Shown: positions 50,085 to 61,099 of the stretch, piece after piece
How the letters are laid out: each line of letters begins with the position of its first letter
How positions within the stretch are numbered: the first letter of the stretch is position 1
NCBI GenBank assembly: GCA_963764345.1
Contig: CAVXSF010000033.1
Span: 7,931 to 71,930, forward strand
DNA length: 64,000 bases
Origin: an uncultured Bacteroidales bacterium
GTDB taxonomy: Bacteria; Bacteroidota; Bacteroidia; Bacteroidales; GCA-2748055
Reading direction: 5' to 3'
Made by a program: the position numbers and the translations under genes
The notes under the pieces: model-generated
Databases searched by the model: none
Told to the model about the DNA's origin: nothing
The model's input: only the letters and a program-made list of their open reading frames with translations

Positions 50085-53000
50085 ATGATTGCAAACACGT
50101 TCATCAAGCGTCCCAATACAGCCATCGTCATTTCCCTGATACTGATTATCCTGGGTGTGATCTCCATTGTTACCCTGCCTGTCAGCCAGTATCCCGACAT
50201 CACCCCTCCCGTCGTCCAGGTTTCTGCCCGGTACACCGGGGCCGATGCGCAGACAGTGGAGCAGACGGTAGCCACCCCGATTGAATCTTCGGTAAACGGG
50301 GTCCCGGGAATGTCTTACATGGAATCGACCAGCACCAACAGCGGGAGTATGGGGATGAATGTTACCTTTGACATCGGCACCGACATTGATATTGCCGCGC
50401 TTGACGTGCAGAACCGGGTAAACACAGCAATGCCGCAGGTTGCCTGACGAGGTAAAGAATCTTGGCGTAACGGTAAGGAAAAGGACACCGAGCATCATGA
50501 TGGTGATTGCCATCTACTCTCCGAACCATACCCACGGGATCAAGTTCATCGACAATTACACCAATATTTTCATACGTGATGCCCTGTTACGGGTTAAAGG
50601 CGTGGGTGATATCTTTACCCATGCTGAAGATTTCAGCATGCGGATCTGGCTAAATCCCGATAAGCTTGCTTCCCTTAATATGACCGCCTCCGATGTAATC
50701 CAGGCTGTACGCGAACAGAATGTCCAGGTCGCCGCAGGCATTGTGGGTGCTCCTCCCCAGCCTGAGACACAGGCCTTTGAATATACGGCTTTTGTTGATG
50801 GCAGGCTTGCATCGATAAAAGAGTTTCAGAATATAGTGGTCAAGACAAAACCCCAGGACGGATCACTGGTCCATCTCAGCGATGTAGCCAGGGTTGAACT
50901 GGGAAAATTCAATTATTCAGGCGGTTCCTATGTCGACGGAAAAAAAGGGTCTTTTCTTTTGATATTCCAGTCACCCGGAAGTAATGCCATGGAAACGGCA
51001 GATGGAATCTATGCCCAGATGAAAAAACTGAAACAGTCCTTCCCCGTTGATCTCGATTACATCATTCCGTTTGAAACGGTATCGGTCGTAAAAGTTTCCA
51101 TCAACGAAGTGGTCAGGACACTTGTTATTGCCCTGCTGCTGGTAGCCATCGTGGTCTTTCTTTTTCTGCAGAGCTGGCGTGCCACACTCATCCCCATCCT
51201 TGCCATACCCGTGTCCATCGTGGGCACTTTTTCCTTTTTTGGCCCGCTGGGCTTCACCATCAACACGCTGACCTTATTCGGACTGGTCCTTGCAATCGGT
51301 ATCGTTGTGGACGACGCTATCATCGTGGTTGAAGCCGTTCAGCATTATATCGACGACAAACACCTGAAGCCCAGAGAGGCCGCATATAAAGCCATGGAGG
51401 ATATTTCCGGCCCTGTAGTAGCCATTGCTTTGATCCTCGCTGCCGTTTTCGTTCCTGTGGGCTTCATCCCGGGAATCGTCGGTAAGCTGTACCAGCAGTT
51501 CGCCATCACCATTGCCATCTCCGTTCTTATCTCTGCCTTCGTTGCCCTCACCCTCACCCCTGCCCTCTGTTCCCTGATGCTTGTGCCCAAAAAAACAGAA
51601 CGACCAGAAGGACCGGCAAACCTGTTCTTCAACTGGTTTAACCGAATGTTTGACAAGGGACTGAATACCTATTCCACCAGTGTAAAAAAGGCTATCCGGG
51701 GAGCCCGGTATATTGTCATTCTGCTGGTTCTGGTGTTTGTAGCCACCATTCTTCTGTTCAAAAATAAACCAACGGGCTTTATCCCTACCGAAGACAACGG
51801 AAGGCTTTTTATTACCTTTGAACTGCCTGAAGCCGCATCAACATCACGAACCGTTGAAGTATTGCACCAGGTCATGGATTCATTGCAGGTTACTCCGGGC
51901 ATCGGCCATTTTGCCGGCATTGCAGGATTAAACGTAGTGTCCTTTACGACCAAGTCCAATAGCGGAACGATCTTCACTCAGCTCAAACCGTGGGATGAAC
52001 GTACCTCCAAAGCCGAACAGTTACAGGGCATTATCAGTGATCTGAACAGAAGATTTTCCGGCATTCAGGGTGCACATATCCTGGTCATCACCCCGCCTTC
52101 CATTCCCGGTCTTGGCAGTACGGGTGGATTCAGCTTCGTACTGCAGCAACAGGAAAGTACCGATGATATCCAAGGCTTTCAGCGGGTGGTCATGCAGTTT
52201 ATGATGGCCGCCAATAAGCAGCCGGAAATCGGAAGTGCTTTCACCTTTTTTACAGCCGGCACCCCCGGATACAAAATTTCGGTCGACCGTGAGAAATGTA
52301 AAAAAGCAGGTGTGAGCCTTACCGATGTATTCAGCACACTTCAGACCTTCCTGGGAAGTTACTATATCAATGATTTTACCCTTTACGGGCGTAATTTCAG
52401 GGTAGTGGCCCAGGCTGACACTTCTTTCCGTGATGCTGTTACAGCCCTGGGTAAGTATTATGTCAGGAACAACCAGGGCAATATGATGCCTCTAAGCACC
52501 CTGATAAATTACAAAGTGATTGAAAGCGCACCGAATATCTCCCATTTCAACCTGTACCGGTCTGCCAATTTTAATGGCGATGCTGCTCCCGGATACAGCA
52601 GCGGACAGGCCATAGAGGCCCTGCGCAAAACGGCCGCCGAGGTTTTGCCTGCCGGGTACGGTTATGATTTTTCCGGTCTAAGCAGGGAAGAGATCGAGGC
52701 GGGAAAGAAATCGGTGCTGATCTTTTCCATCTCCATCCTGTTTGTTTTTCTTTTCCTCACCGCCCTGTATGAGAGCTGGTCTGTACCCTTTTCCGTTCTC
52801 CTTGCCGTGCCGCTTGGGGCTTTTGGAGCTATACTTGCGCTGACCTTTGTACCCAGGCTATCGGATAATGTGTACGCCCAGGTAGGCCTGATTACCCTGA
52901 TCGGACTGGCTGCAAAAAATGCCATATTGATCGTAGAGTTCGCCAAGCAAAGGGTCGATCACGGAATGGATATTAACAAAGCCACACTTGAGGCCATACG

Positions 53001-53259
53001 GCTAAGGCTTCGCCCCATCCTGATGACCTCACTGGCATTCATCTTCGGTATCTCACCGCTGATCTTCGCCAAAGGCGCCGGAGCCATTGCCCGCCAGACC
53101 ATCGGCTGGACAGTGTTCGGCGGCATGCTTGCGGCTACCTTTATCGGAATATTTATGGTGCCTGTGTTGTTTGTAGTGATCACCCGACTGGCCTATGGGA
53201 AAAAGAAGCTTGCTCAACTAAAAAGAGAACACCGGCCCGGCGACGACTATCATGTCTGA
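50085..53259 (+). CDS. AcrB/HAE1-family RND permease, apparent +1 frameshift at 50439
   Basis: FIKRP...QYPDITPP; the frames join as AMPQ-LPDEVK if one g is removed; AIGIVVDDAIIVVE, KNAILIVEFA, RLRPILMTSLAF. Confidence 0.9.
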
Positions 53260-53387
53260 TCATCCTGAGGCCTTATGTTTACAGGAATCATAAGTATTAT
53301 CTAACCAGATCTTTTTCAGGTGTGTTCCTCTCAGAACGTGTACCCCTGACAAAGCTGGCTCTATTTTCATTTTAATCTCCGATAAAT

Positions 53388-53395
53388 TAAATTTG
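53388..53395 (+). promoter_or_regulatory. Possible Bacteroidetes -7 element for the LytTR gene
   Basis: TAAATTTG fits TAnnTTTG; the -33 element matches only partly. Confidence 0.3.
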
Positions 53396-53573
53396 AAAAA
53401 GTTAATTGAAATGGGATATCAAAATTGTTGGTTTAAATAAAGGTTCACGAAGCAAAAAGATATATGCCAGCTCTTTCCTGCTTGATTCGCTCCGGTGCAT
53501 AACGCAGCCCTGGCTTAACCTGGGATCGTAATTTATAAAGAAGTATCTATGCGGCTTTCTTCTGAAAATAACA

Positions 53574-54417
53574 ATGAGTCCAACAAACGGAAATGATTTG
53601 AGATACGAGCTTACCGTCTCATTCAGCATCAGTCTCGCTCTTTTTCTGTTCGCCCTTTTTTTCCGCCCCTTCAATGCCTCCCAATATTTCACGGATAATG
53701 CCATTCTGTTCATGGCCGGTTTCGGAGGTATCAACTTTCTGTTCATGTCCATATTTATCAGCTTTATGCCACGAATCATGACGGATTGGTATTGGACCAT
53801 TAACCGGGATCACAACCCCACCAATGCCACCCTGGCGCTTGTCTGGGTATTTGATACGGTGGCCTATGGTTTTTATATCCGTTACGTGGGCCAGGCTCCC
53901 GTCACAATGTTCCTTATGTTCAAGGTCGCTCTCCTGTGCCTGGGCGCCGTGGCAGTCTTAAAAGCTTTATATCTCAACGAGTCACTCAACCGCCAGATTT
54001 CACTTCTGAATGAAAAAATCATGAGGAACCAGGAAGTTATGGATCAGTTTGAGACCAATCACCGTAATGATGTCGTTGAAATTTATTCGGATAATCATTC
54101 GGAAAAAATATCAACAAGCATCCGGGACCTCATTTTAATTAGATCGGCAGATAATTACGTTGAAATCATTTACATGGATGAAGGCAGAGACAGTCAAAAA
54201 ACTTATTCGCAATACACTGAAAAATATGGAGTACCACCTGGCAAAATATCAGAAATTCATTCGCTGCCACCGGTCCTATATTATCAACCTTGACTTTGTG
54301 GATAAACTGCTGAAGAAGTACAATATTTACAGTATCAGGGTGAAAGATCTGGATGAAGAACTTCCGGTCTCAAGACAATATCTGCTCAGGCTGCGGGAAG
54401 CCCTGGAAAAGGATTGA
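53574..54417 (+). CDS. Membrane-anchored LytTR-family regulator, apparent frameshift in A6 run at 54196-54201
   Basis: About 4 TM helices, then IRSADNYVEI; the alternate frame gives LIRNTLKNME...FIRCHRSYIINL...LPVSRQY. Confidence 0.8.
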
Positions 54418-54551
54418 TCTATTCCATCCCTTTATCCGGGATGAATCGCACCTGACTTTTTTAATTGCCTTCTATCCCAATTACATGTCGCCTGTCCTTA
54501 TTTTTTGGACAAAACCGGCCCGGAGTTTAAAATTACCGGAAATTTTCATTT

Positions 54552-56030
54552 ATGAACGTTCTGCTTGTCAATCCCAAATATCCTGATACTTTCTGGAGTT
54601 TTACCCATGCTCTCCGTTTCATTTCAAAGCGGGCTGCACATCCTCCACTGGGGCTGCTTACTGTGGCAGCTCTACTGCCATCTGAATGGACACGGAAAGT
54701 TGTCGATATGAATGTCAGCCGTTTAAATGACGAGGAAATACTGGAAGCCGATTTCGTATTCATCAGTGCCATGTCGGTGCAACAATCCTCGGCCATCGAA
54801 GTTATTCAGAGATGCCGGTCATTGAAAACAAAAATCGTAGCCGGCGGACCACTTTTCACAGAGGAGTTTGAAAATTTTGACATGGTCGATCACCTTATTC
54901 TGAATGAAGCAGAGATCACCCTGCCCTTGTTCATCCATGATCTGGAACAGGGTGAAGCCAGGAAAATATATCGGACCAGTGAATATGCCGATATCAGGCT
55001 TACACCCCCTCCCGATTATTCCCTGATCCCATTGTCGAAATATGTTTCACTCAGCATCCAGTATTCCCGAGGTTGTCCTTTTGACTGTGAATTTTGCGAT
55101 ATTACCGCCCTTTTTGGACACCGGGTCAGGACAAAAACAAGCGATCAGATCATCAGTGAACTCGAAAATCTATACCTCAGTGGCTGGCGAAGCGGGATAT
55201 TTTTTGTGGATGATAATTTTATCGGGAACAAATCAAAACTAAAGCATGATTTACTCCCCGCCATTTCCCGATGGATGAAGGCTCATAAGTATCCCTTTAC
55301 CTTCACAACGGAAGCATCAATCAATCTTTCCGACGATAAAGAACTCATGACGCAGATGGTCAGTGCCGGTTTCTCAAAAGTATTTGTGGGAATAGAAACC
55401 CCCGACATTGCCTGTCTGACCGAATGCAATAAAGTTCAGAATTACAAAACGGATCTCCTGCAAAGTGTCAGAAAAATACAGTCGATGGGATTGGAAGTCT
55501 TCGGAGGTTTTATCGTCGGTTTCGATAATGATACCGAATCCGTATTTAAAAAGCAGATCGATTTTATTCAGAAGAGTGGAATTGTTACTGCCATGGTCGG
55601 ACTTCTGAATGCCCCGAAAAAAACCAGGCTTTATGAAAGGATGGAACAGGAAGGCCGGATCACAGGAGATTTTGAGGGAGACAACACCAATTTCTCCATG
55701 AATTTCCGGCCTAAGATGGATATGGGCAAATTACTGGAGGGTTATCATCAGATACTGGAAGGGATCTATTCCGGTAAAGCCTATTATACCCGGATTAAAA
55801 CATACCTGAAAAACTTCAAACCCTCTCCCGGACACAAGAGAAAACTCACGATGAACAACCTTCTTGCCTTTGTAAAATCACTTTACCTCATCGGCCTGAT
55901 GGATAAGACCAGGAGATATTACTGGCAACTTTTATTCTGGAGTTTGTTCAGAAAACCCTCGGCCTTTGCTTATGCCATAACGTACAGTATCCAGGGGTAT
56001 CATTACCGCAAAATATACCTGGTTGACTGA
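54552..56030 (+). CDS. B12-binding radical SAM protein (DUF4070-type)
   Basis: PPLGLLTVAA, SRGCPFDCEFC CxxxCxxC, VDDNF, GFIVGFDND. Confidence 0.9.
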   Translation: MNVLLVNPKYPDTFWSFTHALRFISKRAAHPPLGLLTVAALLPSEWTRKVVDMNVSRLNDEEILEADFVFISAMSVQQSSAIEVIQRCRSLKTKIVAGGPLFTEEFENFDMVDHLILNEAEITLPLFIHDLEQGEARKIYRTSEYADIRLTPPPDYSLIPLSKYVSLSIQYSRGCPFDCEFCDITALFGHRVRTKTSDQIISELENLYLSGWRSGIFFVDDNFIGNKSKLKHDLLPAISRWMKAHKYPFTFTTEASINLSDDKELMTQMVSAGFSKVFVGIETPDIACLTECNKVQNYKTDLLQSVRKIQSMGLEVFGGFIVGFDNDTESVFKKQIDFIQKSGIVTAMVGLLNAPKKTRLYERMEQEGRITGDFEGDNTNFSMNFRPKMDMGKLLEGYHQILEGIYSGKAYYTRIKTYLKNFKPSPGHKRKLTMNNLLAFVKSLYLIGLMDKTRRYYWQLLFWSLFRKPSAFAYAITYSIQGYHYRKIYLVD

Positions 56031-56032
56031 TC

Positions 56033-57436
56033 TTAGCTCCAGTCGCGGTCCCATGAATCCCGTTCGTTCCATTCATCTGTCGGGGCAAACAATTTCTCTC
56101 CCTTTCTCAGATGTTCTTTTGCAACGTCCTCATTGAGATCGACACCCACGCCGGGTTTGTCGGGCACCGTAACATAGCCGTTCTTCACAAAAGGTTTATC
56201 GATGCCCGTCACCAGGTCTTCCCACCACGGATTATCGACCGAATGATGTTCGAGAGCTATGAAATTTTCTGTTGCGGCCGCCGTATGCACTGCGCCGAGC
56301 CAGGTTATGGGCGATGATGCATGATGCAGGGCCATGGCAATGCCGTGTTCCTGTGCATAATCACCGATCCTTTTCGTTTCCAGGTATCCTCCTGCCGTCA
56401 GGGGATCGGGATGAACCATATCCACTGCCCTGTTCTCGATCAGGTCTTTAAAACCTTCCTTCAAATAGATATCTTCACCGGTAAGAGTTGGTACGTCGAC
56501 CGATTCTGAAATTTCCTTCCACATATCCGTATACTGCCAGGGCACGAGGTCCTCGAGCCAGGCTACATTATAAGGTTCATAAGCTTTAGCCAGCCGTATC
56601 ATGCTGTTTACGCCCATGTGCCCGATGTGGTCGATGGCTACCGGGATTTCCCATCCTATGGTATCGCGGACAAGGGCAAGGTACTTCACAAGTTCGGCTG
56701 TCCCTTTATCGGTAATCTGAACCCGGGTGAAAGGGTGCCTGGTTAAACCATAGGTACCGGGAGTCTGGCTCCATCCCTGCAAATCGCCCCAGGGTTCGGT
56801 ATTGTTTAACGTTCCGGGGATATCTTTAATCAGACCGATACCCACATCCATTTTCATGAAAGTAAATCCCATATTGAGGCGGCCTCTCATTTTTTCGGCA
56901 AAAAGTTCCGGATCCTTTTCCGTGGGTGTATCCACATAAACCCTGACTTTATCGCGGTATTTCCCTCCCAGCAGCTGGTAAAGAGGCACATTGTAGGCTT
57001 TGCCCGTAAGATCCCAGAGGGCTGTCTCAACGCCGGAGACACCTCCGCCCTGCCTGCCATGATTCCCAAATTGTTTAATGATCCTGAAAATCTTTTCAAC
57101 ATTGCAGGGGTTTTCACCAAGGATCCGGCTTTTCAGCATCAGGGCGTAACGTTTGTCGGCGCCGTCACGCACGTCGCCGAGGCCGTATAAGCCCTGGTTG
57201 GTATAGATCTTCACGATCGGGACACGGCCTACCTCGGCAATCCGCATATCTGTAATCTTCAGGTCTGAAGGCCCCGAATACCTGTTTACATTCTGGGTGG
57301 CATATTCGAGCTGAGCTTCCAGCGGAGACGACATCATCATACCGCCAAGGCTGAGACCGGAAAGACCGGCCAGTTTCATGAATGACCTCCGGTCGAACCC
57401 GGATTTCCGGTTTTTTTTGTTATCTGAATCTGACAT
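56033..57436 (-). CDS. Mandelate racemase/enolase-superfamily acid-sugar dehydratase with Tat signal
   Basis: DRRSFMK twin-arginine; SGVETALWDL, KMD, metal ligands AIDH / LED / GED. Confidence 0.85.
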   Translation of the reverse strand: MSDSDNKKNRKSGFDRRSFMKLAGLSGLSLGGMMMSSPLEAQLEYATQNVNRYSGPSDLKITDMRIAEVGRVPIVKIYTNQGLYGLGDVRDGADKRYALMLKSRILGENPCNVEKIFRIIKQFGNHGRQGGGVSGVETALWDLTGKAYNVPLYQLLGGKYRDKVRVYVDTPTEKDPELFAEKMRGRLNMGFTFMKMDVGIGLIKDIPGTLNNTEPWGDLQGWSQTPGTYGLTRHPFTRVQITDKGTAELVKYLALVRDTIGWEIPVAIDHIGHMGVNSMIRLAKAYEPYNVAWLEDLVPWQYTDMWKEISESVDVPTLTGEDIYLKEGFKDLIENRAVDMVHPDPLTAGGYLETKRIGDYAQEHGIAMALHHASSPITWLGAVHTAAATENFIALEHHSVDNPWWEDLVTGIDKPFVKNGYVTVPDKPGVGVDLNEDVAKEHLRKGEKLFAPTDEWNERDSWDRDWS

Positions 57437-57652
57437 GGCTGTGTCTGATTTTAAAGGTTAGAACGTTTGAATTCAAGAGTACATTTATAAAAGCTTAAAA
57501 AGAATATTAAAATTTTCTTTTAAAGTTAAAGAATCAGAATTAAATTCGGGACTATCTGTGAACGAAATATTCCTACTCAAAGAATCCGGAACAGGGTGAA
57601 GAACTGGAAATGTGGAATGAAAGTCCGGAGATCGTTAAACAAGACTACTGAC

Positions 57653-58990
57653 ATGAACAGAAAGAAACTGTACCGGACACTGTTATGGATCTCTGTTTTT
57701 TTAGCCCTTAGCACCGTCCTTACCCTTATTTTCCATCTCCCTGCTTTCACCGGACCGTTGTTGATCCTGTTTTTCGTCACGCTGGCCTTCAGCGTACGCG
57801 GCAATGAATTTCTGAAGGGATTCTCCTACACGATCATGATCTTTGCCGCGGTGACCATCGCCATGTTTTACCCGGGACTGTTCACCCGCTGGGGGCATTT
57901 CGAGCTGAAGATCCTGATCGTCCCCCTTCTTCAGATCATCATGTTCGGCATGGGATCTCAGATGAGTTTCAAGGATTTTGCAGCGGTAGTCAGGATGCCT
58001 AAGGGCGTTATCCTGGGCCTGGCATGCCAGTTCACCATTATGCCCTTCGTGGGTTATATCATCGCCACTACCTTTGGTTTCCCTCCCGAAATTGCAGCCG
58101 GCATCATCCTGATCGGGTCATCGCCCAGCGGACTGGCTTCCAATGTGATGTCATTCATTGCCAAAGCCAACCTTGCCCTTTCCGTAACTCTCACAGCCTT
58201 TGCCACCATGCTGGCACCTCTCATCACTCCCACCCTGATGAAGTTCCTGGCCGGACAGTTTGTTCCGGTGGATTTCTGGAGTATGATGCTGGGCATCATT
58301 AACATTGTTATCCTGCCCATTATTGCCGGACTGATTTTCAATGCTATCGCCTACGGAAAGGAAAAAAGCAAAAGCATTATCGTACAGATGTCCGTATATT
58401 TTCTGATCATTTTGCTGAAGAATTATATTCTCTATTCTACCAGCGATATCGGGATGAAAGCAACGGAATACCAGTTTGTTAAGGATCTTTTCTGGTTTCT
58501 TCTGCTCCCGGCAGCAGGCTCATGGCTGTTCAAATCCGTTGCAGCGGGAAGACACGCATTTCTTGACCGCCTCCTTGCCTTTTTCTCCATGGCCGGTATC
58601 GGGGTGATCATCACCATCATTACGGCGGCAGGGCGCGACAGCCTCCTGGAGATCGGACTGCTGCTCCTTTTCGCCAGTCTTATTCACAATATTTCAGGCT
58701 ATTTTCTTGGCTACTGGATCTGCCGCTTTGCCCGTATGGATGAGAATTCCTGCCGGACCATCGCACTTGAAGTGGGCATGCAGAACGGGGGGCTGGCGTC
58801 GGGCATTGCCCTGCAAATGGGCAAAGTAGCTACCATCGGGCTGGCACCGGCGGTCTTCGGCCCGCTGATGAACATCACCGGCTCATCACTGGCTACATGG
58901 TGGAGAGGTAAGCCCGTTGTTGAAAAAGAAACAATAATGAATGACACACAAGAAATAGAAAGAAAACATCATAAACCTTCATCATCATGA
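57653..58990 (+). CDS. Bile acid:sodium symporter (BASS) family transporter
   Basis: IMFGMGSQM, CQFTIMP, SPSGLASNV, RTIALEVGMQNGGLA. Confidence 0.88.
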   Translation: MNRKKLYRTLLWISVFLALSTVLTLIFHLPAFTGPLLILFFVTLAFSVRGNEFLKGFSYTIMIFAAVTIAMFYPGLFTRWGHFELKILIVPLLQIIMFGMGSQMSFKDFAAVVRMPKGVILGLACQFTIMPFVGYIIATTFGFPPEIAAGIILIGSSPSGLASNVMSFIAKANLALSVTLTAFATMLAPLITPTLMKFLAGQFVPVDFWSMMLGIINIVILPIIAGLIFNAIAYGKEKSKSIIVQMSVYFLIILLKNYILYSTSDIGMKATEYQFVKDLFWFLLLPAAGSWLFKSVAAGRHAFLDRLLAFFSMAGIGVIITIITAAGRDSLLEIGLLLLFASLIHNISGYFLGYWICRFARMDENSCRTIALEVGMQNGGLASGIALQMGKVATIGLAPAVFGPLMNITGSSLATWWRGKPVVEKETIMNDTQEIERKHHKPSSS

Positions 58991-59913
58991 AAAAAACCGC
59001 ACTAATCCTTTTGGCTCTGGCGAGTCTTCCGCTCACCCAACTCTTTTCCCAGTTTTTTGACACAAAAAATGAACTCACCTACTATACACAGGAATGGAAA
59101 GGAGAGCGCTTTCCTGACGGCCGGCCAAAAGTGCCGGACAATATCCTCGAACGCATGAAGAATGTTTCCCTTGAAGAAGCCTGGGGTATCCTCCGGTCGA
59201 AAGGGTATTCCAATCAGTTTGCCGGAGACTGGACGATCCTTCATGATGACCAGGTGATGGTTGGCCGTGCGCTTACAGCCTCCTACCTGCCCAAGAGGCC
59301 GGAACTTTCCGACAGGCTCACCGAAAAAGGTCATGAGGAAGGGCGTATCGGGGCTATGAACTCCTGGCCGATCGATGCCTTGCAAAAAGGAGATGTTTAC
59401 GTTGCCAACTGTTTCGGCAAAGTCAAAGACGGCACCCTCATTGGGGATAACCTGGGAAATGCCATCTATGCCAATTCGGGCAATGGTGTAGTGTTTGATG
59501 CCGGCGCGCGTGATATGGAAGGTCTTGCAGAAATCGAAGGATTCAACGCATGGGTCAGAGGCTGGGATCCCTCCTACCTCCAGGAAACCATGCTTATGGG
59601 TATCAATATCCCGATACGTATCGGCGAAGCCACCGTTTTTCCGGGAGATGTGGTACTGGCAAAGAAAGAGGGCGTACTGTTCATCCCTGCCCATCTTGCA
59701 GAAGAGGTGGTGATCCGTTCCGAATTCATCATGCTGAAGGATAAGTTCGGACACCAGATGCTTCGTGAGGGTAAATACACACCCGGCCAGATCGACGGAC
59801 GCTGGAGCGATGAGATCAAGGACGCTTTCCTGAAATGGATCGATAAACACCCGGAGGAGCTGCCGATGAGCAGGGAAGAGCTGGATGATTTTTTGAAGGA
59901 TAGGACGTGGTAG
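58987..59913 (+). CDS. RraA/HMG-aldolase-like protein with signal peptide
   Basis: Sec signal peptide; DGRPKVPD, GDNLG..GVVFDAGARD, IGEATVFPGDVVLA; ATGA overlap with the BASS gene. Confidence 0.8.
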   Translation: MKKTALILLALASLPLTQLFSQFFDTKNELTYYTQEWKGERFPDGRPKVPDNILERMKNVSLEEAWGILRSKGYSNQFAGDWTILHDDQVMVGRALTASYLPKRPELSDRLTEKGHEEGRIGAMNSWPIDALQKGDVYVANCFGKVKDGTLIGDNLGNAIYANSGNGVVFDAGARDMEGLAEIEGFNAWVRGWDPSYLQETMLMGINIPIRIGEATVFPGDVVLAKKEGVLFIPAHLAEEVVIRSEFIMLKDKFGHQMLREGKYTPGQIDGRWSDEIKDAFLKWIDKHPEELPMSREELDDFLKDRTW

Positions 59914-60140
59914 GGAGTTAGGGAGTTATGGAGTTAGGGAGTGAGGGATTTAGGGATTTAGGGATTTAGGGATTTAGGGATTTAGGGATTTAGGGATTTA
60001 GGGATTTAGGGATTTAGGGATTTAGGGATTTAGGGAGTTAGGGAGTTAGGGAGTTAGGGAGTTGAGTTGTTGAGTGTGAGTTGAGTTGTTGAGTTGTTTA
60101 GTTGTTTAGTTGTTTAGTTGTTTAGTTGTTTAGTTGTTGA
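59911..60140 (+). repeat. Composite octamer array: 19 units TAGGGAGT/TAGGGATT, then TGAGTTGT/TTAGTTGT units
   Basis: Read directly; begins at the TAG stop; 10 perfect TAGGGATT units at 59951-60030. Confidence 0.95.
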
Positions 60141-60154
60141 ATTCCTCCCCTAAT

Positions 60155-60236
60155 AATCTGTGTAATCTGTGCAATCTGTGGTGATACCCCCTCTGAATTA
60201 AACTCTCCCCCATTCAATCTGTGCAATCTGTGGTGA
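60155..60236 (+). repeat. AATCTGTG motif cluster (5 copies; two groups ending AATCTGTGGTGA)
   Basis: Read directly; the same terminal motif occurs at 42052-42063. Confidence 0.75.
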
Positions 60237-60669
60237 AAAATATGAAAAGGCAAAGTGTCTCAAGTACTCCCGGAATTAAGTCTTCCCAAATGCCGGAGGA
60301 AGCTAACCGAAGGCTTACACTTAAAGTATTATATGTTTCTAATGAAACTCCAGAGTTCTTCATCCGGGGAGGATCAGTTCACCCTACGGGTAAAAACAAC
60401 ACCTGACTTTACCCGTTAATCAAATAAAATGCTTATTTTCAATTATTTATTGAACTAAGAACAGGTGTGTGCTACTGCCCGTGCAGCACACACAGGCGGC
60501 ACATTATATGTCTGGCCTTTTGCGGTTAATATAAATAAGTTCTAAATTAGCCTACACAATGAATGATTGTCTGCAGATTTTAAGGTCGTTACAGCCCGTA
60601 CCGCTGAACCGTGAAATAGCAATATACACAAACACAAAATGCCAAAACCATAAATAAGGAGAAACGAAA

Positions 60670-61086
60670 ATGAAAAAAACAACATTGATTTTAGCAGTAA
60701 TCACTTTAAGCATTGCAATGTTTTCTTGTGGAAATAACACAAACAACAAATCTACCACTGAAAAGAAATCCGATACTAAAGAAATTACCATGGATGATTT
60801 AGCAGGCGAATGGGAGTGTACAGATATTACAAATGGATTAAGCCATATGGAGAATATTGCCAAAATGCAACCACATATTATATTTAATAATGAAAATGAA
60901 ATTCTCTCAAAAATGAAGTTACCCGATGGCAGTTTTGTTTCTCAGAAAGTTGGTTCATTTAGCATTGAAGGGGGAAAAATCGTATCCAAACTTTATGAAA
61001 AAAGCCCTTATATGGAAAATAATAAATTAATAATAGATAATCCCTCAGAAGATAATAAACTGATTTATGATAAAATAAATAAGTAA
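60670..61086 (+). CDS. Hypothetical lipoprotein (lipocalin-like size)
   Basis: Lipobox MFSC, LAGEWEC; AT-rich; purine-rich RBS-like sequence upstream. Confidence 0.75.
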   Translation: MKKTTLILAVITLSIAMFSCGNNTNNKSTTEKKSDTKEITMDDLAGEWECTDITNGLSHMENIAKMQPHIIFNNENEILSKMKLPDGSFVSQKVGSFSIEGGKIVSKLYEKSPYMENNKLIIDNPSEDNKLIYDKINK

Positions 61087-61099
61087 AGGAGACTATAAA

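Noticed and set aside
50430-50447. Stop-codon readthrough or selenocysteine in AcrB
   Set aside because: The downstream part is in a different frame; a single extra G explains the break.
59951-60030. Eukaryotic telomere contamination or chromosome end
   Set aside because: The unit is 8 bp, lies in register with the bacterial stop codon, and is flanked by continuous bacterial sequence.
60465-60620. A complete attC site upstream of the lipoprotein gene
   Set aside because: There is a 9-bp hairpin, but I found no paired AAC/GTT cores or long complementary arms.
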